Positions 49,007 through 59,584 of a DNA stretch of 64,000 nucleotides are shown here, piece after piece. The position numbers and the translations under genes are program-made. Source of the stretch: Minisyncoccia bacterium (GTDB taxonomy: Bacteria; Patescibacteriota; Minisyncoccia; Phycocordibacterales; PALSA-1337); contig JBGAUV010000002.1 in NCBI GenBank assembly GCA_044228445.1, positions 140,600 to 204,599 of the forward strand. Direction: 5' to 3'. The notes under the pieces are model-generated. The model saw nothing but the letters and a program-made list of their open reading frames with translations. It was not told the DNA's origin and did no database searches. Each line of letters opens with the position of its first letter. Within the stretch, counting starts at the first letter, position 1.

Positions 49007-49432
49007 TTATACTCTTCTTGGTTTCTTAGGCTTTGGTCCATTCATAGGAACTGGTGTAGCATCCTTTATTGTATTTATTATTACACCCTTTGAAATGAAT
49101 CCTCTAACCGCTGATTCACGTCCTGAACCAACTCCCTTTATTACAACATCAATCTCTTTTAATCCCATAGGTTCAGCTTTTGTAGCTAGAGTTTCTCCAA
49201 CCTTTGCAGCAGCAAATGGTGTACCCTTTTTTGCACCCTTAAATCCAAGTGCTCCACTTGATGACCAGATAATAGCATTACCAAGTTTATCAGTTAGTAA
49301 TACCTTGGTGTTATTGTATGTAGATTCAACATATAGAATACCTGAATCAAGTTTTCTTTTACCAGAAGAAGCTGGCTTTTTTGCCATTTCTTTCTTTGCT
49401 CCATCTTCATTTGTAATTTTTTTCTTTGCCAT
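49007..49432 (-). CDS. rpsK: 30S ribosomal protein S11
   Basis: GILYVESTYNNTKVLLTD..G....WSSSG, C-terminal PKPKKPRRV. Confidence 0.95.
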   Translation of the reverse strand: MAKKKITNEDGAKKEMAKKPASSGKRKLDSGILYVESTYNNTKVLLTDKLGNAIIWSSSGALGFKGAKKGTPFAAAKVGETLATKAEPMGLKEIDVVIKGVGSGRESAVRGFISKGVIINTIKDATPVPMNGPKPKKPRRV

Positions 49433-49444
49433 ATTATAAAATTA

Positions 49445-49825
49445 TTACTTCTTCTCTTCTTTCTTTCTTCCTGAACCCATGGTCTTTCTAACATTTCCGC
49501 GAACTGTTCTGCTATTTGTCTTTGTTCTTTGTCCACGCGCAGGAAGTCTTCTAGCATGTCTACTTCCTCTATATGCTTTTATATCCTTTAGTCTTTTTAT
49601 GTTTTGAGCTACTTCACGCTTTAGGTCTCCTTCAATTCTAAAGCTTTCAACTATTTTTCTTATTTCATTTTCTTGCTCAACAGTTAAGTCTTTAGACTTT
49701 AGTGAAGCATTAACCTTTGCCTTTTTTAATATATGTAGAGCTCTTGGTCTACCTATACCATAAAGTGTTGTTAGAGCAATCTCTAGTCTTTTGTTTTCTG
49801 GAATTGTTATACCTAGTATACGCAT
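49445..49825 (-). CDS. rpsM: 30S ribosomal protein S13
   Basis: MRILGITIPENKRLEIALTTLYGIGR. Confidence 0.95.
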   Translation of the reverse strand: MRILGITIPENKRLEIALTTLYGIGRPRALHILKKAKVNASLKSKDLTVEQENEIRKIVESFRIEGDLKREVAQNIKRLKDIKAYRGSRHARRLPARGQRTKTNSRTVRGNVRKTMGSGRKKEEKK

Positions 49826-49834
49826 AAATTTTAT

Positions 49835-49951
49835 TTATCCTTGGCGCTGTTTATGGCGAGGATTTGACTTACAGATAACATAAACATATCCCTTACGTCT
49901 TACAACGCTGCATTTTGGACATATTTTTTTTACTGAAGCTTTTACTTTCAT
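49835..49951 (-). CDS. rpmJ: 50S ribosomal protein L36 (38 aa; absent from ORF track)
   Basis: My hand translation of the minus strand gives [38 protein letters not shown], then stop. This matches the L36 C-x2-C...C...H zinc-ribbon pattern. Confidence 0.85.
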   Translation of the reverse strand: MKVKASVKKICPKCSVVRRKGYVYVICKSNPRHKQRQG

Positions 49952-49958
49952 TTTTTAT

Positions 49959-50198
49959 TTAAAGTCTTTTGGTAATTCTTGCTCTTCCTCCGTATGGATC
50001 GAGTATCATTTCTACTCTATCACCTATGAGAACCTTTATTCTGTGCATTCTCATTTTTCCTGCCAAATAGGCCATGATAATTTCTTCTCTATCATCTAAT
50101 TTAACTCTAAAAAGAGTATTAGGAAGAGCCTCAGTTATTGTACCTTTAGCTGAATTTAATTCAGTATTTTTTGGCTTATCTGTGCTGTTTTTATCCAT
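49959..50198 (-). CDS. infA: translation initiation factor IF-1
   Basis: GTITEALPNTLFRVKLDDREEIIMAYLAGKMRMHRIKVLIGDRVEMILDPYGGRARI. Confidence 0.9.
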   Translation of the reverse strand: MDKNSTDKPKNTELNSAKGTITEALPNTLFRVKLDDREEIIMAYLAGKMRMHRIKVLIGDRVEMILDPYGGRARITKRL

Positions 50199-50229
50199 TA
50201 AAATTGAACAGTTTCTTATATTATCAGAA

Positions 50230-50262
50230 AGGTGTATAAAAAGTCAACAGGTAAATCAATTC
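50230..50262 (-). promoter_or_regulatory. sigma70-like promoter for the infA-rpmJ-rpsM operon
   Basis: Minus-strand reading: TTGACT, 18 nt spacer, TAATAT, ~40 nt before the infA ATG. Confidence 0.4.
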
Positions 50263-50309
50263 CCAGTTTGCCTTTTGCGATTGGGTCTTACTTATCGGCT
50301 ATACAACCT

Positions 50310-51755
50310 TTAATCTGATTTAATGTTAAGTATAATCTTTTCTTTTGAATTTGGGAAGGACCTCATCCAAAATGGTGTTATAAGTGCATAAGCACTACTT
50401 ATAGATGGGTACTTCGCAAATATACTATTACTTTCTTTTAATTTCTTTCCTAATAACTCTGTTTTCAGACTATCTTCTGAAAATGTACCTGTCATGCTAA
50501 GTTTTCCATCAACATTTAATATTAAAGTATTTTCTTTTTTTGGTGAAAAGTCTTTTATATTATCTATTGATACATTTAAGTCTTTAATACCCTTTATCGT
50601 ATAGCTATTTGATGGGAATCTTTCAACTTGTTCTTGAGCAATATATTTAAACATTTGATCTGCATCAAATACTACGGCTCTTATAACACCTTGAACATTT
50701 ATTTGTGTTTCAACAGTCTTATTTGCAGCACTTGTATCAGTTTTTTGTGATTGTACAGGTAGCACTACGTATTCAATTGAACTTAATTTTGGATAAAGTA
50801 TATCTTCACTTGATATACTTTCTTTTATTTTTTCTTCAAGTACTGCTTTTAAACTCGCTTTTAAGCTTTCAACTGCTTCTTTCTCATCTTTTGGTAAGAC
50901 TGTAAGTTTATTTCCAGAGTAACCACCACTAAAATCAGCTTTTGTCTTTGCATATATAGTATCGTATTTAGCACTACCCTTATACGCAATAACTTTCAAT
51001 ACTTCACCTATAGAATTTGTTTTATTGAATTCCGAACCTGGTTTATCAGCAATAACACTTACAGAAATAGAGCCTGGATTCTTTTTATCAGATAAATTCT
51101 TCATTCCTGGAATTATTACAGTACTAGTAGTTCTATAAACTAAGTTATTGGAATCAGATAATCTAGTTCCAGCAAGGAGCTTTTGTGGTGTTGTACTATT
51201 ATAGTTATATAGCGCTACTAAACCCTTAGATTTTGTTTGTATAAGTGGCCCTTTAACAGCATTTACTGTCTTTGTTTGCGTGCTTGTAGCAGTAATTATA
51301 TTGTATTGTAGTTCTTTCAATGAAACATTCTTTTTTGATGTTACCTTTTGATTAACCTGAAAATTGGCAGTTTTTGGTGTAATTGTTACAACTGCTTTTG
51401 AATACAGTAATGATAATGCAATAGCTATGACCCCAACACTGACAAAAATAACTAAAAAAGTAGCAATTGTATTTGAAATTAATTTTCTACCAGAGCCTTT
51501 TTTATTAGTATTTAATACACTATTAGCTACAGGTCTGTCTTTTGTTTTATTTACTCTTGGTGAAGGTCTTTCACTATCTTCTTTCAGTTCTCTTCTTCTA
51601 ATTAGTCTCTTTACTACTTCTTCATGCTCAATTCTACCGCTTTCTTCTTCATCTCTATCGGCCATGGATATATTTCTAATAGTCCTCTTTTCATTTGGAA
51701 ATATATCTCTAACTACTTTCTTGGAGTTATTTTTTTCTATTTTTCTATCTGCCAT
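50310..51755 (-). CDS. hypothetical bitopic membrane protein (481 aa) with Lys/Arg-rich N-terminal tail
   Basis: N-terminal ~90 aa highly basic. Single TM LISNTIATFLVIFVSVGVIAIALSLLY. Large extracytoplasmic domain. Confidence 0.5.
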   Translation of the reverse strand: MADRKIEKNNSKKVVRDIFPNEKRTIRNISMADRDEEESGRIEHEEVVKRLIRRRELKEDSERPSPRVNKTKDRPVANSVLNTNKKGSGRKLISNTIATFLVIFVSVGVIAIALSLLYSKAVVTITPKTANFQVNQKVTSKKNVSLKELQYNIITATSTQTKTVNAVKGPLIQTKSKGLVALYNYNSTTPQKLLAGTRLSDSNNLVYRTTSTVIIPGMKNLSDKKNPGSISVSVIADKPGSEFNKTNSIGEVLKVIAYKGSAKYDTIYAKTKADFSGGYSGNKLTVLPKDEKEAVESLKASLKAVLEEKIKESISSEDILYPKLSSIEYVVLPVQSQKTDTSAANKTVETQINVQGVIRAVVFDADQMFKYIAQEQVERFPSNSYTIKGIKDLNVSIDNIKDFSPKKENTLILNVDGKLSMTGTFSEDSLKTELLGKKLKESNSIFAKYPSISSAYALITPFWMRSFPNSKEKIILNIKSD

Positions 51756-51783
51756 ATTTATTATATTCTAACATAAATAAAAA

Positions 51784-52971
51784 TTATTTTTTATCTTTAT
51801 TCACATCCTTAATTGCTCTAACGTACATACCCATTAACCAACTACGTTCTTCAGGCTTTTCAAAGCTAACAGCTTCATCAACTAGTGAATCATCAAAATG
51901 TACTACTTCAAATCCAACTTCTTTTATAGCTTTTTCAAATATCTTAAAATGTTCATGTATAGAAAGATATATGATATGTGGAATACTTACACCTTCTCTT
52001 GAGTTTAAAGTATTATTCAAATCCCTTTTCCAACCCTCCATAACATCACCAAGTATTTCTTCAAAATTAGTTTTCTGTTTATTTTCAAGTTTATCATCTT
52101 CATATAGTGTTAACATAGATTTAACATTTTCTGGGCTTATTCTCATTAATTTCGATATTTTTCTTACCAATGTATATGCACCGAATGGAAATGAAGCTAA
52201 AAATACACCAGAGCCTTTATTTACTATAACTATATCTGTAAGTTCTCCATGAACATGTAGTGAGGTATACTCATCTCTATTTGGAGATAGGCTTCTTAAT
52301 GCTAAATAGTGGAGTAGAAGTGAACCATGCAAATATTCCTTCTTTACATGAAATACCTTATCGACTTCATTTTTAATTTTATTTAAAATATTTTGTGATG
52401 CCAATGTAATTGCAAAAGATACTTCTAAAACACTTGTTTTTTTACCTGAATAATTATTTACAGAATATCCATTTAGTCTTATATCAAATATTTTTTGCTC
52501 AAAAAGTACTATATCAAGATTAGTAGACTTTTCTTTTTCTAAGTCTAAAATAAATTCATTCATCAATAATCTACTTTCATTCGTTATGATTTCCTCTATT
52601 GTCTTTTCATTAATACTTACCTCTTTTTTATAATCAGCGCGAATTTTTTGTGCATGAGAAACTGCCCATGGTGAAGATAGTGCATAATATATATCATGAA
52701 TATTATTATCATTATATCCAATCGTTTTTGCTCTTGCTAAACCGTTTTTTTGAACAGTTGATAATACATCATTCAATGTCTTAAGCATTACCTTTGTCAT
52801 ATATGGACCACCGTTACTTTGTCCTCTATCAAGTGAAATATGTTTTGTATAGTTATATATAATATGAGGTTTAGTGCCTTTATCAAATACAACGAGCGAT
52901 CCTCTTATAAGACCACTTTGAATATCAAGTACCAATGATAAAGTGTTTTCCTTTTTATTTAAGAAAGACAT
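51784..52971 (-). CDS. actin-fold ATPase-like protein (FtsA/PilM-like) with degenerate nucleotide motifs
   Basis: N-terminal LSLVLDIQSGLIRGSLVVF resembles phosphate-1 (DIGS/T). LHVHGELTDIVIV resembles phosphate-2 (DIGGGTTDI), but GGG is replaced by HGE. Confidence 0.35.
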   Translation of the reverse strand: MSFLNKKENTLSLVLDIQSGLIRGSLVVFDKGTKPHIIYNYTKHISLDRGQSNGGPYMTKVMLKTLNDVLSTVQKNGLARAKTIGYNDNNIHDIYYALSSPWAVSHAQKIRADYKKEVSINEKTIEEIITNESRLLMNEFILDLEKEKSTNLDIVLFEQKIFDIRLNGYSVNNYSGKKTSVLEVSFAITLASQNILNKIKNEVDKVFHVKKEYLHGSLLLHYLALRSLSPNRDEYTSLHVHGELTDIVIVNKGSGVFLASFPFGAYTLVRKISKLMRISPENVKSMLTLYEDDKLENKQKTNFEEILGDVMEGWKRDLNNTLNSREGVSIPHIIYLSIHEHFKIFEKAIKEVGFEVVHFDDSLVDEAVSFEKPEERSWLMGMYVRAIKDVNKDKK

Positions 52972-53034
52972 AAATAATTTAAATAAATTATATCATATAT
53001 AAAATGATTTAAACTATGATGTTTGTTAACACTA

Positions 53035-54831
53035 TTATTGCAAAACTGCCTTTATTCTTCTTACTCCTTGAGCCACAGCCTCTTCTTTTTGAATTTTGAA
53101 CACTAGATTACCATTTTCACCCTTTAATTCTTTTGTATTTTTAACATGAGGACCTCCACAGAATTCTTTTGAATAAGCAGAATCAATATCATTACCTATA
53201 AAGTAAATGCTTACTTCATCACTGTATTTTTCTCCAAAAAAATGTTTTGCTCCAGTCTTTTCAGCGTCTTCTTTTTTCATAACTACCATGTTTACAGGCA
53301 AACTCTCATTCATTTTTTGATTTACTATATCTTCTACTTTCTTTTTTTGTTCATCAGTCATTTTTCCAGTGTAAGAGAAATCAAATCTAAGTCTCTCTGG
53401 AGTAATGTTTGACCCTTTTTGCATAATACCTTGTCCTAAAACATCATGTAAAGCTTGGTGTAGTAAATGTGTAGCAGTATGATAACGAAGTGAATTATCA
53501 CTAGTATCTCCTAGTCCTCCTTTAAACTTCTTTTCTGCTCCGGAACGAGAGAGTTCTTGGTGTTTTTTGAATTCTTCATCAAAACTAGCTATATCAATTT
53601 TTATTCCTTTTACTTTAGCTAGTTCAAGAGTTAGATCAATTGGAAAACCGTAACTACTAAATAATGTAAATGCTTGTTGGCCACTTATATCATTTTTACT
53701 AATTTTCTCAAATTCTTTCATTCCATTCTCAATAGTCTTTCCGAACTTCTCACATTCTTTGTATATAACATCAATAATATTATCTCTTTGTGACATTATA
53801 TTTGTATATACACCTGCATATTTACGACAAACTATATCTACAAATTTTTCAATACTAGCTCTATCTAGTTTTCTATTAATAGTATTGAAAACTGCTCTAC
53901 GAATAAGTCTTCTTAATATATATCCTTGATCTGTATTTCCAGGTAAAACGCCATCTGAAATAAGGAAAATTGAGGAACGAATATGATCAGATAGAATTCT
54001 TCTGCTTTTTATATTGTCAGTAATACTTCCTGCCAGTTCCATTATTTCTGAAAATAAATCAGTATCATAAACATTAGTCTTATTTTGCAAAACGGTAGTT
54101 ATTCTTTCAAAGCCTGCTCCTGTATCAACATTCTTCTTTGCCAATTTTGAAATGATTTTTCCATCTTTCTTTTCAAATTCCATAAAAACATCATTCCAAA
54201 TCTCAACTATTTTCTGTTCATCATCAGCTTTATTGTATTGTTCTAGTGTCATATCACCTAAACCTTGTTCGGTAAGATCATAAAACATTTCACTACAAGG
54301 GCCAGTAGGACCTGTCCAAGTATCCTTACCCTTTACTGCTGGCCACCAGTTTGCACTTGCATCCTTAAAATATATTCTATTTTCTGGCATTCCTGCCTCC
54401 ATCCAAATCTTTTTTGCTTGTTCATCAGCAGGACTATTTTCATCTCCTTTAAATACTGTTACATAAAGTCTTTTTGGATCTAGACCAAAACCATATTGTT
54501 TTGAAGTTAATAATTCATAACTCCACTTTATGGCCTCTTCTTTGAAATAACTACCTAAAGACCAATTACCCATCATTTCAAAGAAAGTAAGGTGAGTATT
54601 ATCCCCTACGTCCTCTATATCAGTAGTTCTTACACACTTTTGTATATTTGCTAGTTTATCACCATTTGGGTGTGTTTTACCCATTAAATACGGCACTAAA
54701 GGTTGCATACCAGCAGTGTTAAATAGAACACTAGGATCATTTTCTGGAACTAGTGGTGAACTTGGTAGTATATAGTGTCCTCTTTCTTTAAAAAAGGATA
54801 TGAATCTGTTACGAATTTCTTCTGATTTCAT
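53035..54831 (-). CDS. alaS: alanyl-tRNA synthetase (compact, 598 aa)
   Basis: FNTAGMQPLVPY, CVRTTDIEDVGDNTHLTFFEMMGNWS. Editing-domain motif HTATHLLHQALH. Confidence 0.9.
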   Translation of the reverse strand: MKSEEIRNRFISFFKERGHYILPSSPLVPENDPSVLFNTAGMQPLVPYLMGKTHPNGDKLANIQKCVRTTDIEDVGDNTHLTFFEMMGNWSLGSYFKEEAIKWSYELLTSKQYGFGLDPKRLYVTVFKGDENSPADEQAKKIWMEAGMPENRIYFKDASANWWPAVKGKDTWTGPTGPCSEMFYDLTEQGLGDMTLEQYNKADDEQKIVEIWNDVFMEFEKKDGKIISKLAKKNVDTGAGFERITTVLQNKTNVYDTDLFSEIMELAGSITDNIKSRRILSDHIRSSIFLISDGVLPGNTDQGYILRRLIRRAVFNTINRKLDRASIEKFVDIVCRKYAGVYTNIMSQRDNIIDVIYKECEKFGKTIENGMKEFEKISKNDISGQQAFTLFSSYGFPIDLTLELAKVKGIKIDIASFDEEFKKHQELSRSGAEKKFKGGLGDTSDNSLRYHTATHLLHQALHDVLGQGIMQKGSNITPERLRFDFSYTGKMTDEQKKKVEDIVNQKMNESLPVNMVVMKKEDAEKTGAKHFFGEKYSDEVSIYFIGNDIDSAYSKEFCGGPHVKNTKELKGENGNLVFKIQKEEAVAQGVRRIKAVLQ

Positions 54832-54866
54832 ATTGAAATGAGTTTATCATAAAAACACTGTTCTCT

Positions 54867-56665
54867 CTACTTTTTTATTTTCTTCTTATTTGCCTCATTA
54901 ACCAGTCTTTCGAATTCATTTATATCACTTTCAATAGACTCTATACCTTTTTCAAATATATTATCCTTAATAATATCTATTCCTACAGATTTCAATATAT
55001 TTTCAGGTGTATCATTTCCTCCAGCAGAAAGAATTTTTTCTATCTTTTCCTTAAATGTTTTATCTTTATAATATTGACTTAATAAATATTTTGAAAGCAA
55101 ACCACCATAAGCATATGTATATACATAAAAGAAATATCTTAAATGATTCCATCCTACGAAAGAATACCCGTCCTTTTGTTCAAATTTAAATACTGGACCA
55201 AGATAATTTGACATATTTTTATTATGTAAATTAGCTATTTGTTCTTTTGATAAATATCCTTTTTCTTTTATTTCTTTATGAAGGTCCTTTTCATAGTTAT
55301 AACAAGCAATTTGTCTAAATACTGTAGAAATATCATTAGATATTTTATCGTGTAAAGCTGTAATTCTATCCTTTTTAGGTAATTGATTTATTGTGTGATT
55401 AATTGCTAAATTTTCAAAAAATGTACTTGCAGTCTCAGCGATTGAAGTAGAATAATCCATATCAAATATAGTATTATTTCTACATAATTCACTATGGAAA
55501 GCATGTCCCATTTCATGAGCAATTGTTCCAAATGATTTAAAACTATCTGTATGATTTAATAAAACGTAAGTAGGATTGGTATATGTTGATGAACAAAATG
55601 CTCCACCTTTTTTACCAATTTTTGGATATACATCTATTTGACCGTTTTTAATAAAGTTATCAAAAATATCAGAATACTTTTTATCAAATTCTCCAAATAT
55701 ATCCTTTAATATTTTTACACTATGTTCAAAAGTAAATTTTTGATTTATTTTACCTATTTTTTCATGTCTATCAGAATAAGATAATGTTTTTTGTTTCATT
55801 ATCTTTACTTTTATTTTATAAAATCTATTTGAAATTTTAAAACCTCTTGTAACTATATTTACAAGATTATCTACTACCTGTTTATCATTTCGATAATTTT
55901 TAATTGTGATTTCGTCTGGAGATTTTGCTCCTCTTAAATCATCGTCTATCTTTTTATTTTTAATTACAGCATTTATTTCAGCTTCAGAAAATACGGATAT
56001 TTCTTGTAACTTATCAGTTATTTTACTATATAAATCATCTCTCTCTCTTTCTTTTTTAGATCCTGAATCTTACCCAATGCTTCATTTATCGGTAATATCT
56101 TTCCTTTATATTTAACTGATAGTGAATTTAGTATTTTTGAATTCGTACTTGTCCATAGACCATGAGATACATTATATTTTAGACTCAATATTTGTTCTTC
56201 TTTATCGCTTAAGTAATACTTTGAATCAATAAAAATACATTTTAAAAGAAAATGAAATTTCTTTAATTTATCATTATTCAAAATTTCTTCTTGTCTCTCA
56301 GGTTTTATACTACCTAAAGAAAGCTTAAAGAATAGTATTTTATTTTCAGCTTTTGTTAAAATATCATTAAATTGATTCTTGAGTTGAATTACCTTTTTAT
56401 CACTAGAATTAAGAACTTCTCTATAGTAAAGATATAGTAAAGGATTTTTATCCGAAATAATTGTTATCTTTTCAAAATCATTTAAAGCTTCAAGTAGTTT
56501 ATTATCATCAATTAAATATTGTTTATCCTTATTATCATATTTTAAAGCAAAATCCTCATAGGCTTTTACTATATTTTCTATTGAAGTCCTTATATTATTA
56601 TCGTCTAGAGATTTATATAGTGGATTCAAATTCCACTCATATTTTTTATTCTTTTTATCTTTCAT
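54867..56665 (-). pseudogene. pepF: oligoendopeptidase F (M3 family) gene split into two ORFs (56018-56665 N-terminal part; 54867-55799 catalytic part)
   Basis: The downstream ORF has HEMGHAFH (HExxH). The upstream ORF looks like a PepF N-terminal domain. Same strand, 218-nt gap containing a CT-rich tract. Confidence 0.55.
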
Positions 56666-56677
56666 AGTCTATTTATA

Positions 56678-57517
56678 CTATACCCCCATTACTTCAGCAA
56701 TCTCTTTCTCTACACTAGCAATTTCTTGAGCTGTCATACCTATTTCATGCAAATAGTTTTTATGTTCAAGAATTTCTTTACATAGTACTATGCCTTTTGA
56801 AAGCAAAGTTTTTTTATGAGTATTTGAAAGTGAAGCCAAGCATGTAGAAGGATGAAGTCTTAATTGTTCTATTATATCTTGAAGATTTCCTTTGGCAGGA
56901 TAATTCCAACCAATTAACTTTATACCATTACATTCACTATATCGTATTGCTTGATCAGTAAACTTTGTATTTGTAATTATATATCCTTGTTTTAAACGAA
57001 GCTTTTTACCACCATATTCAAATGTATTTTCTTTCAAATCATCAAAGCGAGCTTTTACATAAAGAGCCACCTTTAAATCTGATTTTAAACCAAATTCATT
57101 GTGGAATTTTGCTTCTACCATAACCAAGTCTTCACCTTTCCAAGCAACAACATCCATTTCATGAGGTACACAACCACCAAAGACAGTTTGATCTGTAAGA
57201 GTTTGGTATCCCCAAGCATTAAATATCTTTGAAATATATTTTTCAAAAGGAAAACCATCTGGACCTAATTCTGATAAAGCTCTTCTAAGAGAATACTTTA
57301 TAGCAATAGGCATTGAGTATTGTCTAAGTAGTTTGAAAGCATGAGAATAAATATGGCCTGTCGTCATTCCATCTTTTATCTCTTTACCTATATGCTCTAT
57401 TATCTTATCTATTATCTCTTCATTACCACCTGCATTTAAAAGAGAATCTACAAGCTTTTGCTCTTCGAATAATTCTCTTGTTCCATCTGCTTTTGTAACG
57501 GTTATAAGGTGATTCAT
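56678..57517 (-). CDS. ATP-cone domain protein fused to a restriction-endonuclease-like (Mrr-type) domain
   Basis: N-terminal ATP-cone-like MNHLITVTKADGTRELFEEQKLVDSL. C-terminal HEMDVVAWKGEDLVMVEAKFHNE resembles the PD-(D/E)xK Mrr catalytic core. Confidence 0.45.
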   Translation of the reverse strand: MNHLITVTKADGTRELFEEQKLVDSLLNAGGNEEIIDKIIEHIGKEIKDGMTTGHIYSHAFKLLRQYSMPIAIKYSLRRALSELGPDGFPFEKYISKIFNAWGYQTLTDQTVFGGCVPHEMDVVAWKGEDLVMVEAKFHNEFGLKSDLKVALYVKARFDDLKENTFEYGGKKLRLKQGYIITNTKFTDQAIRYSECNGIKLIGWNYPAKGNLQDIIEQLRLHPSTCLASLSNTHKKTLLSKGIVLCKEILEHKNYLHEIGMTAQEIASVEKEIAEVMGV

Positions 57518-57546
57518 AATAAAGATATTATATCACCATAAATAAT

Positions 57547-58668
57547 CTACGCTATACTTCCCCCACCCAAACACAACTCTCCATCATAAATAACTAGTGA
57601 TTGTCCACTTGATATAGTGTATTGCTCATTTTTAAATTCAACTTCATTTTCACTTATAACTTTTATATCCTGCAATTCTTCTCTATATCTAGATCTAGCT
57701 TTAAGCCAAGCATTCATAGGTACACTTCCTTGATTCCAGTTTACATTTTTTAACTTAATTCTTTTTATAGAACTTGGTAATTCACCTTTTTCATTTTTAT
57801 TTGCAACAGTAATTGTATTTTTATCTATATCTTTCGAAATAACATAATAAGGTGCATCATTTGGTGTTTTTTTAAATATTTCAAAGCCATGTCTTTCTCC
57901 AATGGTAAAAAAGAAAGCACCATTATGACTACCTACAATATTTCTCTTTTCATCTAGTACATCACCCTTTTTTTCTTGTATAAATCTAGCTAGAAAATCT
58001 TTTATATCAACTTTTCCTATAAAACAAAGTCCTTGGCTATCTTTTTTAATAGCATTCGGAAGGTTAAATTTCTTGGCCAATTCTCTTACTTGAGTCTTTT
58101 CTATATTTCCAACTGGAAATAATGTTTTATTTAAATGCTCTTTTTTTAAAGTATATAGAAAGTATGATTGATCTTTATTTTTATCTGTACCTGCATATAG
58201 TTTTCCATCCTTAATCTGTGCATAATGTCCAGTGGCTACAAAATCAGCACCGTTTTTAATTGCCCAATCAAAGAATCCACCAAATTTAACATATTGATTA
58301 CACATTACATCAGGATTTGGAGTTTTCCCTTTTTTATATTCGTCTATCATATAGTCTACAACCTCCTTTTTATATTCTTCTTCAAGATCAAGAGTTATAA
58401 AAGGTATATCAAGTAAGCTTGCTACTCTCATTGCATCTCTTCTGTCCTCCTTTGAGGTACAATTTATCCAACTTGGTTGCCAGACATTTATAAAAACACC
58501 CGTAACATCATAGCCTTGTTCTTTAAGTAAACAGGCAGAAACTGAGCTATCAACACCACCTGACATACCCAAAAATACCCTTTTTTTAGGGTTATTTTTA
58601 TGGTTCAACGTATTTTGTTCGGTTTTTAAGGTGTTCATTATATGTCTCAGCATAGTGCACTTTTCCAT
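57547..58668 (-). CDS. mnmA: tRNA 2-thiouridylase MnmA
   Basis: RVFLGMSGGVDSSVSACLL PP-loop. Start probably internal (MNTLKTEQ..., ~58638) rather than 58668. Confidence 0.9.
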   Translation of the reverse strand: MEKCTMLRHIMNTLKTEQNTLNHKNNPKKRVFLGMSGGVDSSVSACLLKEQGYDVTGVFINVWQPSWINCTSKEDRRDAMRVASLLDIPFITLDLEEEYKKEVVDYMIDEYKKGKTPNPDVMCNQYVKFGGFFDWAIKNGADFVATGHYAQIKDGKLYAGTDKNKDQSYFLYTLKKEHLNKTLFPVGNIEKTQVRELAKKFNLPNAIKKDSQGLCFIGKVDIKDFLARFIQEKKGDVLDEKRNIVGSHNGAFFFTIGERHGFEIFKKTPNDAPYYVISKDIDKNTITVANKNEKGELPSSIKRIKLKNVNWNQGSVPMNAWLKARSRYREELQDIKVISENEVEFKNEQYTISSGQSLVIYDGELCLGGGSIA

Positions 58669-59575
58669 CCTTATCTGTCAAGAAGAAGAAATATTTAGTA
58701 GGTAAAGGATTCAATGTTGCTTCAATTGATTCAAGTCCAGGGTTTGATATTGGTGTTGGTGGTAATCCTTTATGTTTATATAGGTTATATGGTGAATCCA
58801 TAGCTAGATCAGATAAGGTTATTTCTGCGCTAGTTTTATTTAATATATACCAGAATGGAGTATCGAATTGTAAAAACATATTTTTATCCATTCTATTCTT
58901 TATTATTCCTGCAACAATTCTTTTATCCTGATAATCACGAACCTCTTTTTCTATAAGTGAAGCAATCGTGATTACTTTTTTTATACCATCCTCAGAAAGT
59001 TTATATTTATCTAAAATAGGTTTCGCTTTTTTATTAAAATTATCTTGCATAACTTTTATAACTTCCCTTGCACCCACATTTTCATAAAATATATAAGTAT
59101 CTGGTAATAAATATCCTTCATATGGTTTTGCTAAAGCAACAAAACCTGGTGCATTAAAATTTGGAATTGATTTTAATATTGTTAAAGCCATATCTGATGC
59201 TGTACTACCTTCATATATAACTATTTTAACTTTGGAAAAACCAAACCTTCCTTCTGATAATCTACTAGCAATAGTAAATAAATTTTGTGGATAGTTGAAT
59301 CTATATTCACCTGAAAGAATCTTACCCTTTTGACCTAGTATCATAACTGCAAGTTTTAACATAAAAGGAGAGCGAATTATTTTTTGTTCAAACAATGTTT
59401 CACTTAGTTCAGATATACCTACACCTTGTTTTACTTCTATATCAATTTTCTTAGGGAAATTTTCTGGGGGTCTAGAAAAATACATTACAAAACCACCAAT
59501 TACTATTAAAAGTAAAATTGAAACTATAGATTTAATATACTTTTTAATGTCCTGATTCATCTTTATATTAAACAT
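58598..59575 (-). CDS. mltG: endolytic murein transglycosylase MltG (YceG-like)
   Basis: N-terminal TM helix. YceG domain with conserved C-terminal GLPPTPISNPG. Confidence 0.85.
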   Translation of the reverse strand: MFNIKMNQDIKKYIKSIVSILLLIVIGGFVMYFSRPPENFPKKIDIEVKQGVGISELSETLFEQKIIRSPFMLKLAVMILGQKGKILSGEYRFNYPQNLFTIASRLSEGRFGFSKVKIVIYEGSTASDMALTILKSIPNFNAPGFVALAKPYEGYLLPDTYIFYENVGAREVIKVMQDNFNKKAKPILDKYKLSEDGIKKVITIASLIEKEVRDYQDKRIVAGIIKNRMDKNMFLQFDTPFWYILNKTSAEITLSDLAMDSPYNLYKHKGLPPTPISNPGLESIEATLNPLPTKYFFFLTDKDGKVHYAETYNEHLKNRTKYVEP

Positions 59576-59584
59576 ATAGGTATT

